Assembly: GCA_963801165.1 (NCBI GenBank)
Contig: CAWDDT010000013.1
Span: forward strand, 96,001 to 160,000
Reading direction: 5' to 3'
DNA: 64,000 nt
Source of the DNA: an uncultured bacterium
GTDB lineage: Bacteria > Actinomycetota > Acidimicrobiia > Spongiisociales > UBA5794
Positions 37,400 to 48,188 of the stretch are shown piece by piece (within the stretch, counting starts at the first letter, position 1; each line of letters starts with the position of its first letter). The notes beneath the pieces are model-generated. The model saw only the letters and a program-made list of their open reading frames with translations. It made no database searches and was not told the DNA's origin. Both the position numbers and the translations under genes were made by a program.

Positions 37400-39399
37400 C
37401 AGTCGGCCTTCTGACCGGGCTTGATGTCTGTGACCTGCTCGCCGAGCAGGTACTGGAGTACCGGCTTAGCGGTCGGTGCCGCGATCCCACCACCGCTGCC
37501 ACCCCGCTCGACGATGATCACTACAACGTACTGGGGATCGTCTATCGGCGCCACGCCGACAAACAGGGCCGTCGTGACCGAGTCCTGAATCACCTTGCCG
37601 TTGCTGTCCACCTGCTGCTTGATGATCTCGGCCGTTCCTGTCTTGCCACCCACCTGGGTCACGTCGGCACCGAAGTCGGCGAAGGCCGAATGCGCCGTTC
37701 CTTCAGGGTTGTTGACCACCTGTTGTAGGTCGTTGCGAAGCGAGCGAACGGTAGACGCCGACAGGCCGGTCATCGTCCGGGCGACGACCGGATCGTAGTT
37801 TTCCACCACACGCCCGTCCTCGGTCTGGACCTCGGAAACAACGCGGGGCTGGTACACGGTGCCGCCGTTGACCAGCGCTCCGTACGCCGTCGCGATCTGA
37901 ATCGGTGTCGCCAGGACCGATCCCTGACCGACAGCCGCCTGGAAGAGGTCGCCTCCGAACCAGGGACTGGCGAATTGGAGCCGGCTCGGGTCGAGACGGG
38001 GATCCCCGTCGCTGGCCCATCGCTCGAACAGCGCGCGGTCGGGAATAATGCCGGACTTCTCAAAGGGCAGGTCGATCCCGGTCTTCTCGTCGAACCCGGC
38101 CTCCCTGGCCCAATCCTGCAGCAGGTTCTCTCTGGCTGTCTCCTTGTACTGGTTCCACAGCGACAGGGCGATCTCCCAGAAATAGGTGTTGCAGGAGCGA
38201 CGGAATGCCCGGTGAATGTTCTGCATGCCGTCGTCGCGCCGCGTCCAGTTCTGGAAGAACTTCAGGCTCCCCTCGCCGAGCGCCTCGGCGTTGAGTTGCC
38301 CGGCGCAGAGAATCTGGTCCTCGACCGAGTTGACACCTTCGGGGGCGATGCCCTCCTCCATCGCCATCACGTAGGTGATCGCTTTGAATGTGGAAGCAGG
38401 GGCGTACTGCCCTTGAACGGCGAAGTTGGTGAGCGCGCCTTCGGGGAGTGCGTTGTACTCGGTTTCGTCGAAGTTGACGAACAGCCCCGGGTCGAAATTG
38501 GGTATAGATGCCATGGCCAGCACCGCTCCCGTGTTGACATTGCTTACCACGCCGACGGCGCGAACCGGGCACCCCTTGTCCTCGGTGCCCGCCTCGGCGC
38601 TGCCCGGGTCACAACCGTTCGGGTTGTACTCGGTGCGTGCCAGATCGAGCCCGTCGACGAGCGCTTGCTCCAGGACCTGTTGCAGGTCGATGTCGAGTTC
38701 CGTGATTACCTTGTTTCCTGCCTGCGGGAACTCCTCCCCGAGCACTGCGAGCACGTTCCCGTGGGCGTCCACCTGGTACTTGATCGCTCCCTCTGTACCC
38801 TGGAGCTGTTCGTCGTACTGCTTCTCCAGACCGGCCTTGCCGAGGATGTCGGTGTAACGCGCCCCGGCGTCGAGGTCGGCCTGGGAGGGGCGGCCGATAT
38901 AGCCGATAACACCAGACGCGAGGTTGCCGCTGGGGTATATGCGCTGCGGGATATCCACCACAGAGACACCAACGAAATCCTCGCTGTGCTCCGCGAGATA
39001 CACGGCATCCTGCTGGCTGAGGTCGGATTTGAGGACTACCCGATCCGCACGAGACCGGGCGTCCGTGACGATTGCCGCGACCTTGTCCGCGTCCATCCCG
39101 GTAAACGCCGCCAACAACGACACCAGATCGGGGACCGCCTCCTCCGGTACCAATGCCCCATCGACCACGGCCGCTCTCACGGCCTGTGTACCAGCCAGCT
39201 CACGACCCGCACGATCCACTATCTCGCCGCGGGCCGCAGGGGTGGCAACGAATTTGACCTGCGAGTTCTCAGCTTCCCGAACGTACTTTTCGCTCGCGAC
39301 GACCTGGACCTGCCAAAGCACGACCGTCAGGGTGGCGAACATGAGGGCAAAGACGATGCTGACGGTTCCGAGCCGCCATCCGGACTTCACGTCGACCAC
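37399..39399 (-). CDS. mrdA: Penicillin-binding protein 2
   Basis: RGEIVDR, STFK, SCN, KTGTA motifs; located between mreD and rodA. Confidence 0.93.
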   Translation of the reverse strand: MVDVKSGWRLGTVSIVFALMFATLTVVLWQVQVVASEKYVREAENSQVKFVATPAARGEIVDRAGRELAGTQAVRAAVVDGALVPEEAVPDLVSLLAAFTGMDADKVAAIVTDARSRADRVVLKSDLSQQDAVYLAEHSEDFVGVSVVDIPQRIYPSGNLASGVIGYIGRPSQADLDAGARYTDILGKAGLEKQYDEQLQGTEGAIKYQVDAHGNVLAVLGEEFPQAGNKVITELDIDLQQVLEQALVDGLDLARTEYNPNGCDPGSAEAGTEDKGCPVRAVGVVSNVNTGAVLAMASIPNFDPGLFVNFDETEYNALPEGALTNFAVQGQYAPASTFKAITYVMAMEEGIAPEGVNSVEDQILCAGQLNAEALGEGSLKFFQNWTRRDDGMQNIHRAFRRSCNTYFWEIALSLWNQYKETARENLLQDWAREAGFDEKTGIDLPFEKSGIIPDRALFERWASDGDPRLDPSRLQFASPWFGGDLFQAAVGQGSVLATPIQIATAYGALVNGGTVYQPRVVSEVQTEDGRVVENYDPVVARTMTGLSASTVRSLRNDLQQVVNNPEGTAHSAFADFGADVTQVGGKTGTAEIIKQQVDSNGKVIQDSVTTALFVGVAPIDDPQYVVVIIVERGGSGGGIAAPTAKPVLQYLLGEQVTDIKPGQKAD

Positions 39400-39899
39400 C
39401 TCACCCGGCGCCTGTCACCGATGAGGCGGGTGATGAGGGGAAAGGCCAGGGCGGCGATCACCAGGTTGTAGAAGCCGGGAACGACCATGAGCTTGATCAC
39501 ATCCGTGCTCGTGAAGAACCGTTCCCCAAAGAGGGTACCGACAACGAGAAACAATGCATTGGCGAGAATGGTGAGTGCGACTACGCCGAACCCGATCACA
39601 AGCGGGCCGTCGTCGGCACGCTCCTTGAACCTGAAGGCGATGTAAACGGCGACCGTGTACGCCATAGCCCACAGCCCGAGTGGCGCTCCTCCGAGGAGGT
39701 CCAGCAGCATCCCGCCGGTGAACCCGAGAAGGATGGCCGGTTCTGGATCCAGGTAGCGGGCACAGGCGAGAACTATGACGATGACGACCGCAGGCGACAC
39801 GCCGAACGGGTTGATGCGCCCGTCGCCGAACACCGCCGTCTGGGCGACAACGGCCACAACTACAAGTAGCAGCGAGACGGCGATGCTCCTGCCCCTCAT
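39387..39899 (-). CDS. mreD: Rod shape-determining protein MreD
   Basis: Hydrophobic, GFTGGMLLDLL...PLG; operon position. Confidence 0.85.
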   Translation of the reverse strand: MRGRSIAVSLLLVVVAVVAQTAVFGDGRINPFGVSPAVVIVIVLACARYLDPEPAILLGFTGGMLLDLLGGAPLGLWAMAYTVAVYIAFRFKERADDGPLVIGFGVVALTILANALFLVVGTLFGERFFTSTDVIKLMVVPGFYNLVIAALAFPLITRLIGDRRRVRWST

Positions 39900-40879
39900 C
39901 CGCCTCCTCCCCCTTGATCGGCGGTCGTTGTATCCGTGGTGCCCGTGGTATCGGTCGTTTCGGTGGTATCTCCCGTCGTACCGTCGCCTGCCGGCTGACC
40001 GTCCTCGGTCGCCGGTTGATCGGTGTTCTGCTGCTCTTCGAGGCTCGGTGCGTCGAGCGGGGAGTAACCGACGACCACTATCACGTAGTCGAGCCGCGAG
40101 AAACTGACCGCGGGGACCACACCGGTGACCAGCCCGAAGCCGGCGTCGTCGGACGCGGTCTTGGTGACCGTGCCCACGGTGATGCCAGGGGGGAAACGGG
40201 AACCGGCGGTGACAATCACACTGTCGGCGTGGACGGGCTCATCCACATTGGACATCCGCAGCAACAGGTCGTTCTCGTTGTCGCCCCTGACGATCCCCTC
40301 CTGGCTGGTTGACTGGTCGCGAACGAAGACCTGGACATTCGGGTCGAGGATCAACCTCACCTCTGCCCTGTGCTCGAACACCAGGTCGACCCTGCCTACG
40401 AGGCCGCGTGCATCGACGACGGCGTCGCCTTCCGAGATACCGTCGGCCGAGCCCTTGTTTATGAAACGAACGTGATCGAATGTGCTGGAACCGGACGATG
40501 AGATACGGGCGACTACCGTAGGGAGGTCGCTTGCGTCCTGTAGATCGACCAGCTCCTTGAGGTGCTTCAACTCAGCTTCGACACTCACACCCTGGTCGAG
40601 CTGCGCTTTCAGAGCGTCGTTCTCCAGACGCAACGCCTCGTTCTCCTGACGCAGGCTGGCGATGTCGGAGAGGGCGTCCATGAACCCGACTACCGGTCGC
40701 GTCACGGCGGCCGCCGCATCCTGCATCGGGGCGAACAGTGTCTGCGCCCCATCCCGCATGGTGGTGCCGATCCCGCCCCCCTGACCCCGCACGTCGAACG
40801 TCGCCAGGAGGAACGACATGACGAGCAGGCCGATCATCAGGGTGGTGGTTCGATCGAATCTCTGGAACGACTGCATCAC
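39896..40879 (-). CDS. mreC: Rod shape-determining protein MreC
   Basis: TM, coiled coil LRQENEALR, INKGSADGI, GLVGRV, FPPGITVG. Confidence 0.92.
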   Translation of the reverse strand: MMQSFQRFDRTTTLMIGLLVMSFLLATFDVRGQGGGIGTTMRDGAQTLFAPMQDAAAAVTRPVVGFMDALSDIASLRQENEALRLENDALKAQLDQGVSVEAELKHLKELVDLQDASDLPTVVARISSSGSSTFDHVRFINKGSADGISEGDAVVDARGLVGRVDLVFEHRAEVRLILDPNVQVFVRDQSTSQEGIVRGDNENDLLLRMSNVDEPVHADSVIVTAGSRFPPGITVGTVTKTASDDAGFGLVTGVVPAVSFSRLDYVIVVVGYSPLDAPSLEEQQNTDQPATEDGQPAGDGTTGDTTETTDTTGTTDTTTADQGGGGG

Positions 40880-40918
40880 TCCGGTCCTACCCGCGACCGG
40901 CCGTCGAGGGCGATCGGG

Positions 40919-41953
40919 CTACCGGCGCCCGCTGCTGGAGAGAACGACATGGAGGACCTCGAACTCTTCGAGACAGGCCCCCGAGCCCATTACAACCGAC
41001 TGGAGAGGTTTGTCGGCGGTGACGATCGGCATCCCGGTCTCGTTGGCGAGGCGCTGATCCAGACCACGGAGCAGAGCGCCTCCCCCGGTCAGGACAATCC
41101 CCCTGTCCATTATGTCCGCCGCCAGCTCCGGCGGGGTCTTGTCGAGAGCGAACTTGACGCCATCAACGACCTGCTGGACCGGCTCCTCAATGGCTTCCCT
41201 CACTTCGGCGGCACTTAGCACCACCGTCTTGGGCAAACCGCTCACGAGGTCACGGCCCCGCACCTCGGCCGATGGCTCGTCCGGGAACGGGAAAGCGGAA
41301 CCGATCGCCATCTTGAGCTGCTCGGAGGTTCGCTCGCCGAGCATGAGGTTGTACTCCTTCTTCACCCAGGCCATGATCGCCTCGTCGAGCTCGTCGCCGC
41401 CGATCCTGGTGCTCTTGGATACGACGATTCCGCCGAGCGAGATGACGGCAACCTCGGTAGTGCCACCACCGATGTCCACGACCATCGACCCGGAAGGCTC
41501 GTGCACGGGGAGGCCGACGCCGATCGCAGCAGCCATCGGCTCCTCGATCGTGTAGGCACGTCTGGCGCCTGCGTGGTATGCGGCCTCTTCAACGGCACGA
41601 CGCTCGACGGCGGTGATGCCAGACGGCACACAGATGACGATCCGGGGCCTGGCGGCAAAGCGGCGATTGTGCACTTTGTTGATGAAGTAGCGCAGCATCT
41701 TCTCGGTGATGTCGAAGTCTGCGATGACCCCGTGCCGCAAAGGCCTGATTGCCTGGATATGAGAGGGGGTGCGGCCAATCATCCGCTTGGCCTCCATTCC
41801 CACTTCCAGCGGACGGTTGTCGCGGGTGTTGATCGCAACCACGGACGGCTCGTTGAGCACGATGCCCATGCCGCGCACGAACACGAGCGTGTTGGCCGTG
41901 CCGAGATCTATTGCCATATCTCGGCCTGCGACGGCGAAAAGATTATCAAGCAT
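40919..41953 (-). CDS. mreB: Actin-like MreB
   Basis: AIDLGTANT, EEPMAAAIG, DIGGGTT, LTGGGALL. Confidence 0.97.
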   Translation of the reverse strand: MLDNLFAVAGRDMAIDLGTANTLVFVRGMGIVLNEPSVVAINTRDNRPLEVGMEAKRMIGRTPSHIQAIRPLRHGVIADFDITEKMLRYFINKVHNRRFAARPRIVICVPSGITAVERRAVEEAAYHAGARRAYTIEEPMAAAIGVGLPVHEPSGSMVVDIGGGTTEVAVISLGGIVVSKSTRIGGDELDEAIMAWVKKEYNLMLGERTSEQLKMAIGSAFPFPDEPSAEVRGRDLVSGLPKTVVLSAAEVREAIEEPVQQVVDGVKFALDKTPPELAADIMDRGIVLTGGGALLRGLDQRLANETGMPIVTADKPLQSVVMGSGACLEEFEVLHVVLSSSGRR

Positions 41954-42073
41954 CGTTGCTCACATTGCGGGAATCGTGTTTCAGTTTACCCAAGCGCCAC
42001 TGGGAGACGTCACCATTGCGACTCTGCGGAGACCCTAACCGTATCGGGTACCGTGTGCTACCCCAAATCGCCA

Positions 42074-42478
42074 CTAGCCAAAGAACAGCCCCAACTCCCG
42101 CTCGGCAGAGCCGACCGAGTCCGAACCGTGCACGATGTTGTTGGTCACGATGAGGCCAAAATCGCCGCGGATGGTCCCTGGAGGTGCGGTGACGGGGTTG
42201 GTCGGGCCCATCAGGGTACGGGCCACAGAGACGGCCGACTCCCCCGACCATTCCATCGCCACCACCGGTCCACTGGTGATGAACCCCACCAGCTCGCCGA
42301 AGAACGGCTTGTCGGTGTGCTCGGCGTAGTGCTCTCCAGCGAGCGCCTCGTCGATCTGGAGCATCCGCATCTTCTCCAACACGAGACCCTTGCGCTCGAA
42401 TCTGCCGATGACGTCACCGACGAGGCCCCGGCGCACGCCGTCGGGCTTGACCATAACGAAAGTGTTCTCGACTGCCAT
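42074..42478 (-). CDS. ndk: Nucleoside-diphosphate kinase
   Basis: [26 protein letters not shown]; start ATG 42478. Confidence 0.97.
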   Translation of the reverse strand: MAVENTFVMVKPDGVRRGLVGDVIGRFERKGLVLEKMRMLQIDEALAGEHYAEHTDKPFFGELVGFITSGPVVAMEWSGESAVSVARTLMGPTNPVTAPPGTIRGDFGLIVTNNIVHGSDSVGSAERELGLFFG

Positions 42479-42550
42479 TACCTGATCCTCTTCCGGGAAA
42501 TGTCCGGCCCGGGATGGTAGCCGTCTCACCCTTCGGGTGAGATTCGAGCT

Positions 42551-42654
42551 TTCGCTCGGATTTGAGTTGGGCTGGCGCCGCCCGGGCTTCGCTCGGATTT
42601 GAGTTTGCGTCACAAAACCGGACGGCAGAGCGCGGTTCGAGCTTCGCTTGGTTT
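42551..42654. repeat. 18-bp direct repeat pair plus a degenerate third copy in the folC-ndk gap
   Basis: ttcgctcggatttgagtt at 42551 and 42588; ttcgagcttcgcttggttt at 42636. Confidence 0.6.
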
Positions 42655-44008
42655 ACTCGCCTATTTCTGATTCGAAACGGCGGTGGACGGGGGAAGCGGC
42701 GTTCTCGAGACCGAGCGCATGGCGGACCTCACCGGTGACGTATAGCGAGCCGGCCACGACGACGCCGACATCTTCGCCGGCTGCGGCGATTGCGACTTCG
42801 AGCGCCACAGACGAAGGGGTAACCACTTCAGCAGGCACCCCGAGCTCCTCCGCCGCCGCGGCGGCGACCACCTCGGCAGACACCGCCAGGTCGTCGTCGG
42901 CTTGCGTGGCAACAACCCGCGTCACCAACCCACGCAACGGTGCAACCAGCTCGGCGACGTTGCGATCGCCACGGGCGCCCACGACCAGAACCCAGCCGCT
43001 CTCTGCGAATTCGCGCTGGAGCGTATCGGCCAAACCCATGAAGCCTTCCTCGTTGTGTGCTCCATCGACCAGCACCGTCGGCGCCAGCCCACCGACCTCG
43101 AGGCGGCCCGGAGACCGAACCAACGCCGCCGCCTCTCTGAGCGCATCGTGATTGAGCGCCCTCCCGAAGAAGGCTTCGGCAGCCGCAATCGACGTGCCCA
43201 GGTGCGTGGTCTGGTGCCTGCCGTGGATGCCCATCACGAGCTCCGGGTACTCGGCATACAAGCCGCGGACCGTAGTGACCCACCCTCGCTCATCCCACTC
43301 GGCGGAGACGACATCGAAGTCGATACCGGCCCGATACCAGGTCGAGTTCGTCTCCTCAACCTGGCGGCGTATCGGCTCGAGTGCCTCCTCGCCGACCGGA
43401 CCGCTCACCAGCGTTCCCTCGCTCTTGAGGATGGCGGCTTTCTCGGCCGAGATCTTGGCCTGGGTATCACCGAGCACGGACACGTGATCCATGGCTATAC
43501 CCGTGATCACCGAGACATCTGCATTCACGACGTTGGTGGCGTCCCAGCGGCCGCCCATCCCCACCTCGATCACGGCGACGTCGACTACGTCGATGGCGAA
43601 GGCGGACATTGCGACGGCGGCGGTGAGCTCGAAGTAGGTGGGACTTTCCCCGTACTGCTCCTCCTGGATGAGAACGAATGGAGCCACGTCTTCGACGGCT
43701 CGAGCGAGGTGCGTCGGCCCAAAGGCGGCTCCGCCTACTGAGTACCGATCCTCGACCCGATGCAGGTGCGGCGAAGTGAAGGTGCCTGTGAACAGACCGT
43801 GCGCTCCGAGGATGTCCGCGACCATCCTCACCGTCGTCGTCTTCCCGTTGGTGCCGGCGACGTGGATGACCGGGTACGTCAGCTGCGGATGACCCATAAG
43901 CGCCATGAGGTGCTCGATGCGCTCGAGACCGGGACGGATCCCGTCACCGATCCTGCGCTCGAGGAATGCGACGGCGGCTTCGTAGTCGCCGGGGTAGTCC
44001 GTGCTCAT
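42653..44008 (-). CDS. folC: Folylpolyglutamate synthase/dihydrofolate synthase
   Basis: HVAGTNGKTT, FTSPHL, EVGMGGRWDATN, PGRLE, DGAHN, AGSLY; start overlaps the valS stop. Confidence 0.95.
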   Translation of the reverse strand: MSTDYPGDYEAAVAFLERRIGDGIRPGLERIEHLMALMGHPQLTYPVIHVAGTNGKTTTVRMVADILGAHGLFTGTFTSPHLHRVEDRYSVGGAAFGPTHLARAVEDVAPFVLIQEEQYGESPTYFELTAAVAMSAFAIDVVDVAVIEVGMGGRWDATNVVNADVSVITGIAMDHVSVLGDTQAKISAEKAAILKSEGTLVSGPVGEEALEPIRRQVEETNSTWYRAGIDFDVVSAEWDERGWVTTVRGLYAEYPELVMGIHGRHQTTHLGTSIAAAEAFFGRALNHDALREAAALVRSPGRLEVGGLAPTVLVDGAHNEEGFMGLADTLQREFAESGWVLVVGARGDRNVAELVAPLRGLVTRVVATQADDDLAVSAEVVAAAAAEELGVPAEVVTPSSVALEVAIAAAGEDVGVVVAGSLYVTGEVRHALGLENAASPVHRRFESEIGE

Positions 44009-46605
44009 TCCGTCAACTCGGCAAGCTGGGTGCGCAGTTTCTCGAGCTTGGCGCGGCCTTCGACGACACGCTCCCGTTCGGCGGCGACAACTTCGGCTGG
44101 CGCCTTCTCCGTGAACCCGGGGTTGGCGAGCTTCGACTCGGACCTGCTCAACGAGACCTCTGTCTCCGCGATGGTCCTCTCGAGCCGCGGCTTCTCGGCG
44201 GCGACGTCGACGAGACCAGCGAGCGGGACGAAGACCTGTATCCGCCCCGCCGCCATCCTCGTGTGGCCGGCGATAACTGTGGGAGCACCGTCGTAGTCTG
44301 CGGCGACGGTGGACATCGCCGCGAACTGTTGCCGCCACCAGTCGCCGGCGATCCCGCCGGGGTCGTCGACCAGGACGGGTATCTCCCGCTTCGGCGAGAT
44401 GCCGTGCTCGGCCCGGAACCGGCGAATGGCGACGATCAGCGTCTGCAACTCCTCCATCCCATCGGGGGCAACGGCACCGGATGGGGTGGGCCAGGTAGCC
44501 GCGGCGACCAGGCCGTCGCCAACCAGCTCCGACCACAGCTCCTCGGTGACATACGGGATGACCGGATGGAAGAGCGCGAGCAGATCACGGATGACAACAC
44601 CGAGAGTCTGTCTGGTCGTTGTGGCCGTCGCTTCGTCCCGGAGGAGCGTCTTAGCCATCTCGAGGTACCAGTCGAACACCTCGGCCCACGCAAAGTTGTA
44701 GAGAAGACCGACCGCGTCTGAGAACCGATACTCATCCAGCAGCCGGTCGTACTCGACGAGGATGGAATCGAGCCTGCTCAGGATCCAGGCATCGACCGGG
44801 CCGGGGATCGCGGGATACCCGCCTTCCACAGGAACCGTCCCCGGCTCGACGTGGCGCAGAGAGAACCGCACCGCGTTCCATAACTTGTTGCCAAAACGGC
44901 GGGCGGCGTCGATCCACTCGACGTTGAGCGGTATGTCGTGACCGGGGGCGGCGGATTGCAGCAGCGCCAGCCGGAGCGCATCGGCCCCATACTCGTCTGC
45001 GATGTCAAAGGGATCGATGGTGTTGCCCGTCGACTTAGACATCTTGCGCCCGTCGGCGGATCGCACCAAGCCGTGGATCACGACGTCGCGGAACGGCTCG
45101 GCGCCCGTGAAATGAACGCCGATCATGATCATCCGCGCCACCCAGAAGTAGATGATGTCGTATGCAGTGACCAGCACATCGGTCGGGTAGAACCTGGCCA
45201 GATCGGCTGTTTCCGCGGGCCATCCCATCGTCGAGAACGGCCACAGCTGAGAGGAGAACCAGGTATCGAGGACGTCCTGTTCCTGGCGGAGATGTTCCCC
45301 ACCGCACTGCGAGCACGCTCCGGGCTGCTCGGTGGCGACCATCGTCTCCCCACACGAGTCGCAGTACCACGCGGGAATCCGGTGCCCCCACCACAGCTGT
45401 CGGCTGATGCACCAGTCGCGCAGGTTCTCCATCCAACGGAAGTAGTTGTTCTCCCAGCGCTTGGGGACGAAACGGACCCGTTCGTCGGTGACCACGTCGA
45501 CCGACGGCTTGATCAGCGGACCGACCTTGACAAACCACTGCAACGACAGCAACGGCTCAACAACGGTTCCGCATCGTGAGCAATGACCGACGGAATGATG
45601 GTGGTCCTCGATCTTGACGATGAACCCCTGACGGTGGAGTTCGTGACGTACCGCTTCCCGGGCCTCGAACCGATCCTGACCGAAGAAGTCGCCGCCGGCC
45701 GCGGTGATGGCGGCTTCGGTGTCGATCACCTTGATCGCAGGCAGACCGTGGCGCTGCGAGATCTCGAAGTCGAGCGGGTCGTGCGCCGGGGTGACCTTCA
45801 CTGCACCAGTGCCGAACTCGAGGTCGACACCCTCATCCGCCACGACCGGGATCTTCCGCCCGACAAGTGGCAGGGTGACGGTCTTGCCGACAATGTCGCG
45901 ATAGCGGTCGTCGTCGGGGTGGACCGCCACTGCCGTGTCACCGAGCATCGTCTCGGGCCGGGTGGTGGCGACGACGACGGACCCGGTCCCGTCGCTGAAG
46001 TCGTAGCGGATGTGGGTCAGCTCGCCTGCTTCGTCCTCGTGTTCGACCTCGATGTCGGACAAGGCGGTGTGACAGCGCGGGCACCAGTTGATGATCCGCT
46101 CGCCCCTGTAGATGAGCCCCTGGTTGTACAGGTCGACAAACACCCGGCCGACCGCGTCGCTGAGCCCATCGTCGAGTGTGAACCTCTCCCGGCTCCAGTC
46201 GGTGGAGAAGCCGAGCCGACGAACCTGAGCCTTGATCCCGTCGCCGTGCTTGGCCTTCCATGCCCAGACTTGCTCGATGAACCGTTCCCGGCCGAGGTCG
46301 TGACGGCTCAAGCCCTCACGAGCAAGATCTCGCTCCACGACGTTCTGGGTCGCTATGCCGGCGTGGTCGGTGCCCGGTAGCCAGAGGGCGGCGTAGCCCT
46401 GCATGCGCTTGCGCCTGATAATGACGTCCTGGATTGACATGTTGAGCGCGTGACCGATGTGGAGCACGCCGGTAACGTTTGGCGGTGGGATGACGATGGA
46501 GAACGGTTCGCCATCCGGATTGATCTCCGGTCTGAAGACCCCGGCGTCCTCCCAAACCTGGTACCAGCGGGATTCGACAAGGTGGGGGTCGTAAGAAGCT
46601 TCCAT
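44005..46605 (-). CDS. valS: Valine--tRNA ligase (standard bacterial type with C-terminal coiled coil)
   Basis: PPPNVTGVLHIGH, DWCISRQLWWGH, KMSKS, KLANPGFTEKAPAEVV; start ATG 46605. Confidence 0.97.
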   Translation of the reverse strand: MEASYDPHLVESRWYQVWEDAGVFRPEINPDGEPFSIVIPPPNVTGVLHIGHALNMSIQDVIIRRKRMQGYAALWLPGTDHAGIATQNVVERDLAREGLSRHDLGRERFIEQVWAWKAKHGDGIKAQVRRLGFSTDWSRERFTLDDGLSDAVGRVFVDLYNQGLIYRGERIINWCPRCHTALSDIEVEHEDEAGELTHIRYDFSDGTGSVVVATTRPETMLGDTAVAVHPDDDRYRDIVGKTVTLPLVGRKIPVVADEGVDLEFGTGAVKVTPAHDPLDFEISQRHGLPAIKVIDTEAAITAAGGDFFGQDRFEAREAVRHELHRQGFIVKIEDHHHSVGHCSRCGTVVEPLLSLQWFVKVGPLIKPSVDVVTDERVRFVPKRWENNYFRWMENLRDWCISRQLWWGHRIPAWYCDSCGETMVATEQPGACSQCGGEHLRQEQDVLDTWFSSQLWPFSTMGWPAETADLARFYPTDVLVTAYDIIYFWVARMIMIGVHFTGAEPFRDVVIHGLVRSADGRKMSKSTGNTIDPFDIADEYGADALRLALLQSAAPGHDIPLNVEWIDAARRFGNKLWNAVRFSLRHVEPGTVPVEGGYPAIPGPVDAWILSRLDSILVEYDRLLDEYRFSDAVGLLYNFAWAEVFDWYLEMAKTLLRDEATATTTRQTLGVVIRDLLALFHPVIPYVTEELWSELVGDGLVAAATWPTPSGAVAPDGMEELQTLIVAIRRFRAEHGISPKREIPVLVDDPGGIAGDWWRQQFAAMSTVAADYDGAPTVIAGHTRMAAGRIQVFVPLAGLVDVAAEKPRLERTIAETEVSLSRSESKLANPGFTEKAPAEVVAAERERVVEGRAKLEKLRTQLAELTE

Positions 46606-46656
46606 CGTTCCTCGTTGCGTGCCCGACCGATGGTTCCGGCGGGTCGCGCATGATAA

Positions 46657-46695
46657 CGCAGTCGACCCGGGACGCTGGTGCCCGGGTCGACTGCG
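46657..46695. terminator. 15-bp perfect hairpin upstream of valS (terminator/attenuator-like)
   Basis: cgcagtcgacccggg-N9-cccgggtcgactgcg flanked by A/T-rich bases. Confidence 0.5.
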
Positions 46696-46925
46696 CTTTA
46701 TATGCCTTCCTACCACCACGTCGCCCCCCGAGCAGTCCCCCTGCTTGCGAAATCCGAGTGGTGTGTGTGGCCCGCCGTTGCGGAGTAGGTCTCTCGACCT
46801 ACCTCGCAAATGTAATGCCACTCTCTGTGGTCAACCAGACACAAAGCGCAGTCGTGCGAAGTGACTAGTCACCTTCGCCCTGCGGGGTTCCGGTTAGATT
46901 CAGTACCGCAGAATCAGGAGGCGCG

Positions 46926-48152
46926 ATGGCGGTACGGATCACGGCAGAGACACTCATCCCGGGCAAGGGCGATCCCATCAACAACGGGACCGTGATCCTC
47001 GAAGGAGCCAGGATCTCGTATGCCGGGCCCACAGCGACGGCACCGCCCGCCACCGACGGCGACATCGCACATACGCTTCCCGCCGTGATGCCGGGAATGT
47101 GGGAAGCGCATGGACATTTTGTCGGCTCGGCGGTACCCGACCTGGAACACATGGCGACGGCCGACCCGGGAACCCTGGTCGCCAGGGCAACTGCCGATGC
47201 TGCCGCCACCCTCGACGGTGGGATCACCAGCGTCCGCGAGATGGGCGGGCTCGGCATCTCGCTCAAACCGGTGATCGACGCAGGGATCATCTCGGGGCCG
47301 ACGATCTACCCCGCCGGTTCGCTGCTGTCACCGACCGGTGGCCACGCCGATATCCACGGTCTCCCGCTCGACTTCGTGGTCACCATCGGCGACCGAGGCT
47401 TCACCTTCAGCGAGCTCGCCGACGGCGTCCCCGAGGTGCTGCGGGCCGTACGCAAGCAACTCCGCAGAGGTGCGTCGGTGATCAAGATCTGCGCCTCGGG
47501 TGGCGTGATGAGCGAGATCGACCACCCGATCCATCAGCAGTTCTCCGACGAAGAACTCACAGCGATCGTCCAGGAAGCGGCCCGTGCCGAGCGATACGTT
47601 GGCGCCCACTGTCATGGTGAACCTGGGATTGTCGCTGCTCTCCGGGCAGGCGTAATGACCATCGAACACGGGTCCTATCTCACCGAGGAAAGCGCACAGA
47701 TGATGATCGACCAGAACGCCATCCTGGTCCCGACTCGATTCGTCGTCGCGGCGTTGCTCGGGATGGAAGAAGTTCTGCCTGCGTACGCATACCGCAAGGC
47801 AGTCGCCATCGCCGATCGTCACCAGATGGCCATGAAGATCGCCGTCACGGCAGGCGTCAAGATCGCCATGGGAACCGACATCTTCGTCAGCGGGCCGTTC
47901 TACGGGCAGAACTCACTGGAGGTCAAGCACCTGATTGATGCGGGAATGACCCCGCTCGAGGCCATCGAGGCGGCAACCGCCACCGGCCCACTCACCCTCG
48001 GACCGCAGGCTCCCCTGTCGGGACAGCTGAAGGAGGACTACGACGCCGACGTGATCGCATTCGACGTCAACCCGCTCGACGACATCACCGTTTGGGGCGA
48101 CCCCGACCGGGTGACCCACATCTGGAAGGCGGGAGCGCTGGTCAAAGGGTGA
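46926..48152 (+). CDS. Metal-dependent amidohydrolase (prolidase-like subgroup)
   Basis: PGMWEAHGH, GGHAD, IKICASGG, AHCHG, IEHG, MGTD. Confidence 0.9.
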   Translation: MAVRITAETLIPGKGDPINNGTVILEGARISYAGPTATAPPATDGDIAHTLPAVMPGMWEAHGHFVGSAVPDLEHMATADPGTLVARATADAAATLDGGITSVREMGGLGISLKPVIDAGIISGPTIYPAGSLLSPTGGHADIHGLPLDFVVTIGDRGFTFSELADGVPEVLRAVRKQLRRGASVIKICASGGVMSEIDHPIHQQFSDEELTAIVQEAARAERYVGAHCHGEPGIVAALRAGVMTIEHGSYLTEESAQMMIDQNAILVPTRFVVAALLGMEEVLPAYAYRKAVAIADRHQMAMKIAVTAGVKIAMGTDIFVSGPFYGQNSLEVKHLIDAGMTPLEAIEAATATGPLTLGPQAPLSGQLKEDYDADVIAFDVNPLDDITVWGDPDRVTHIWKAGALVKG

Positions 48153-48188
48153 TTCGGCAAAGCCCAATCACCTGAGGCGCCCCATTCA

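Noticed and set aside
36236-41953. mreBCD-mrdA-rodA in an apparent actinobacterium as a novelty
   Set aside because: The operon is known in several Actinomycetota lineages and is canonical here.
46606-46870. T-box riboswitch upstream of valS
   Set aside because: No GGTGGNACC(G/A)C T-box sequence or recognisable stem I motifs; kept only as an unassigned structured leader.
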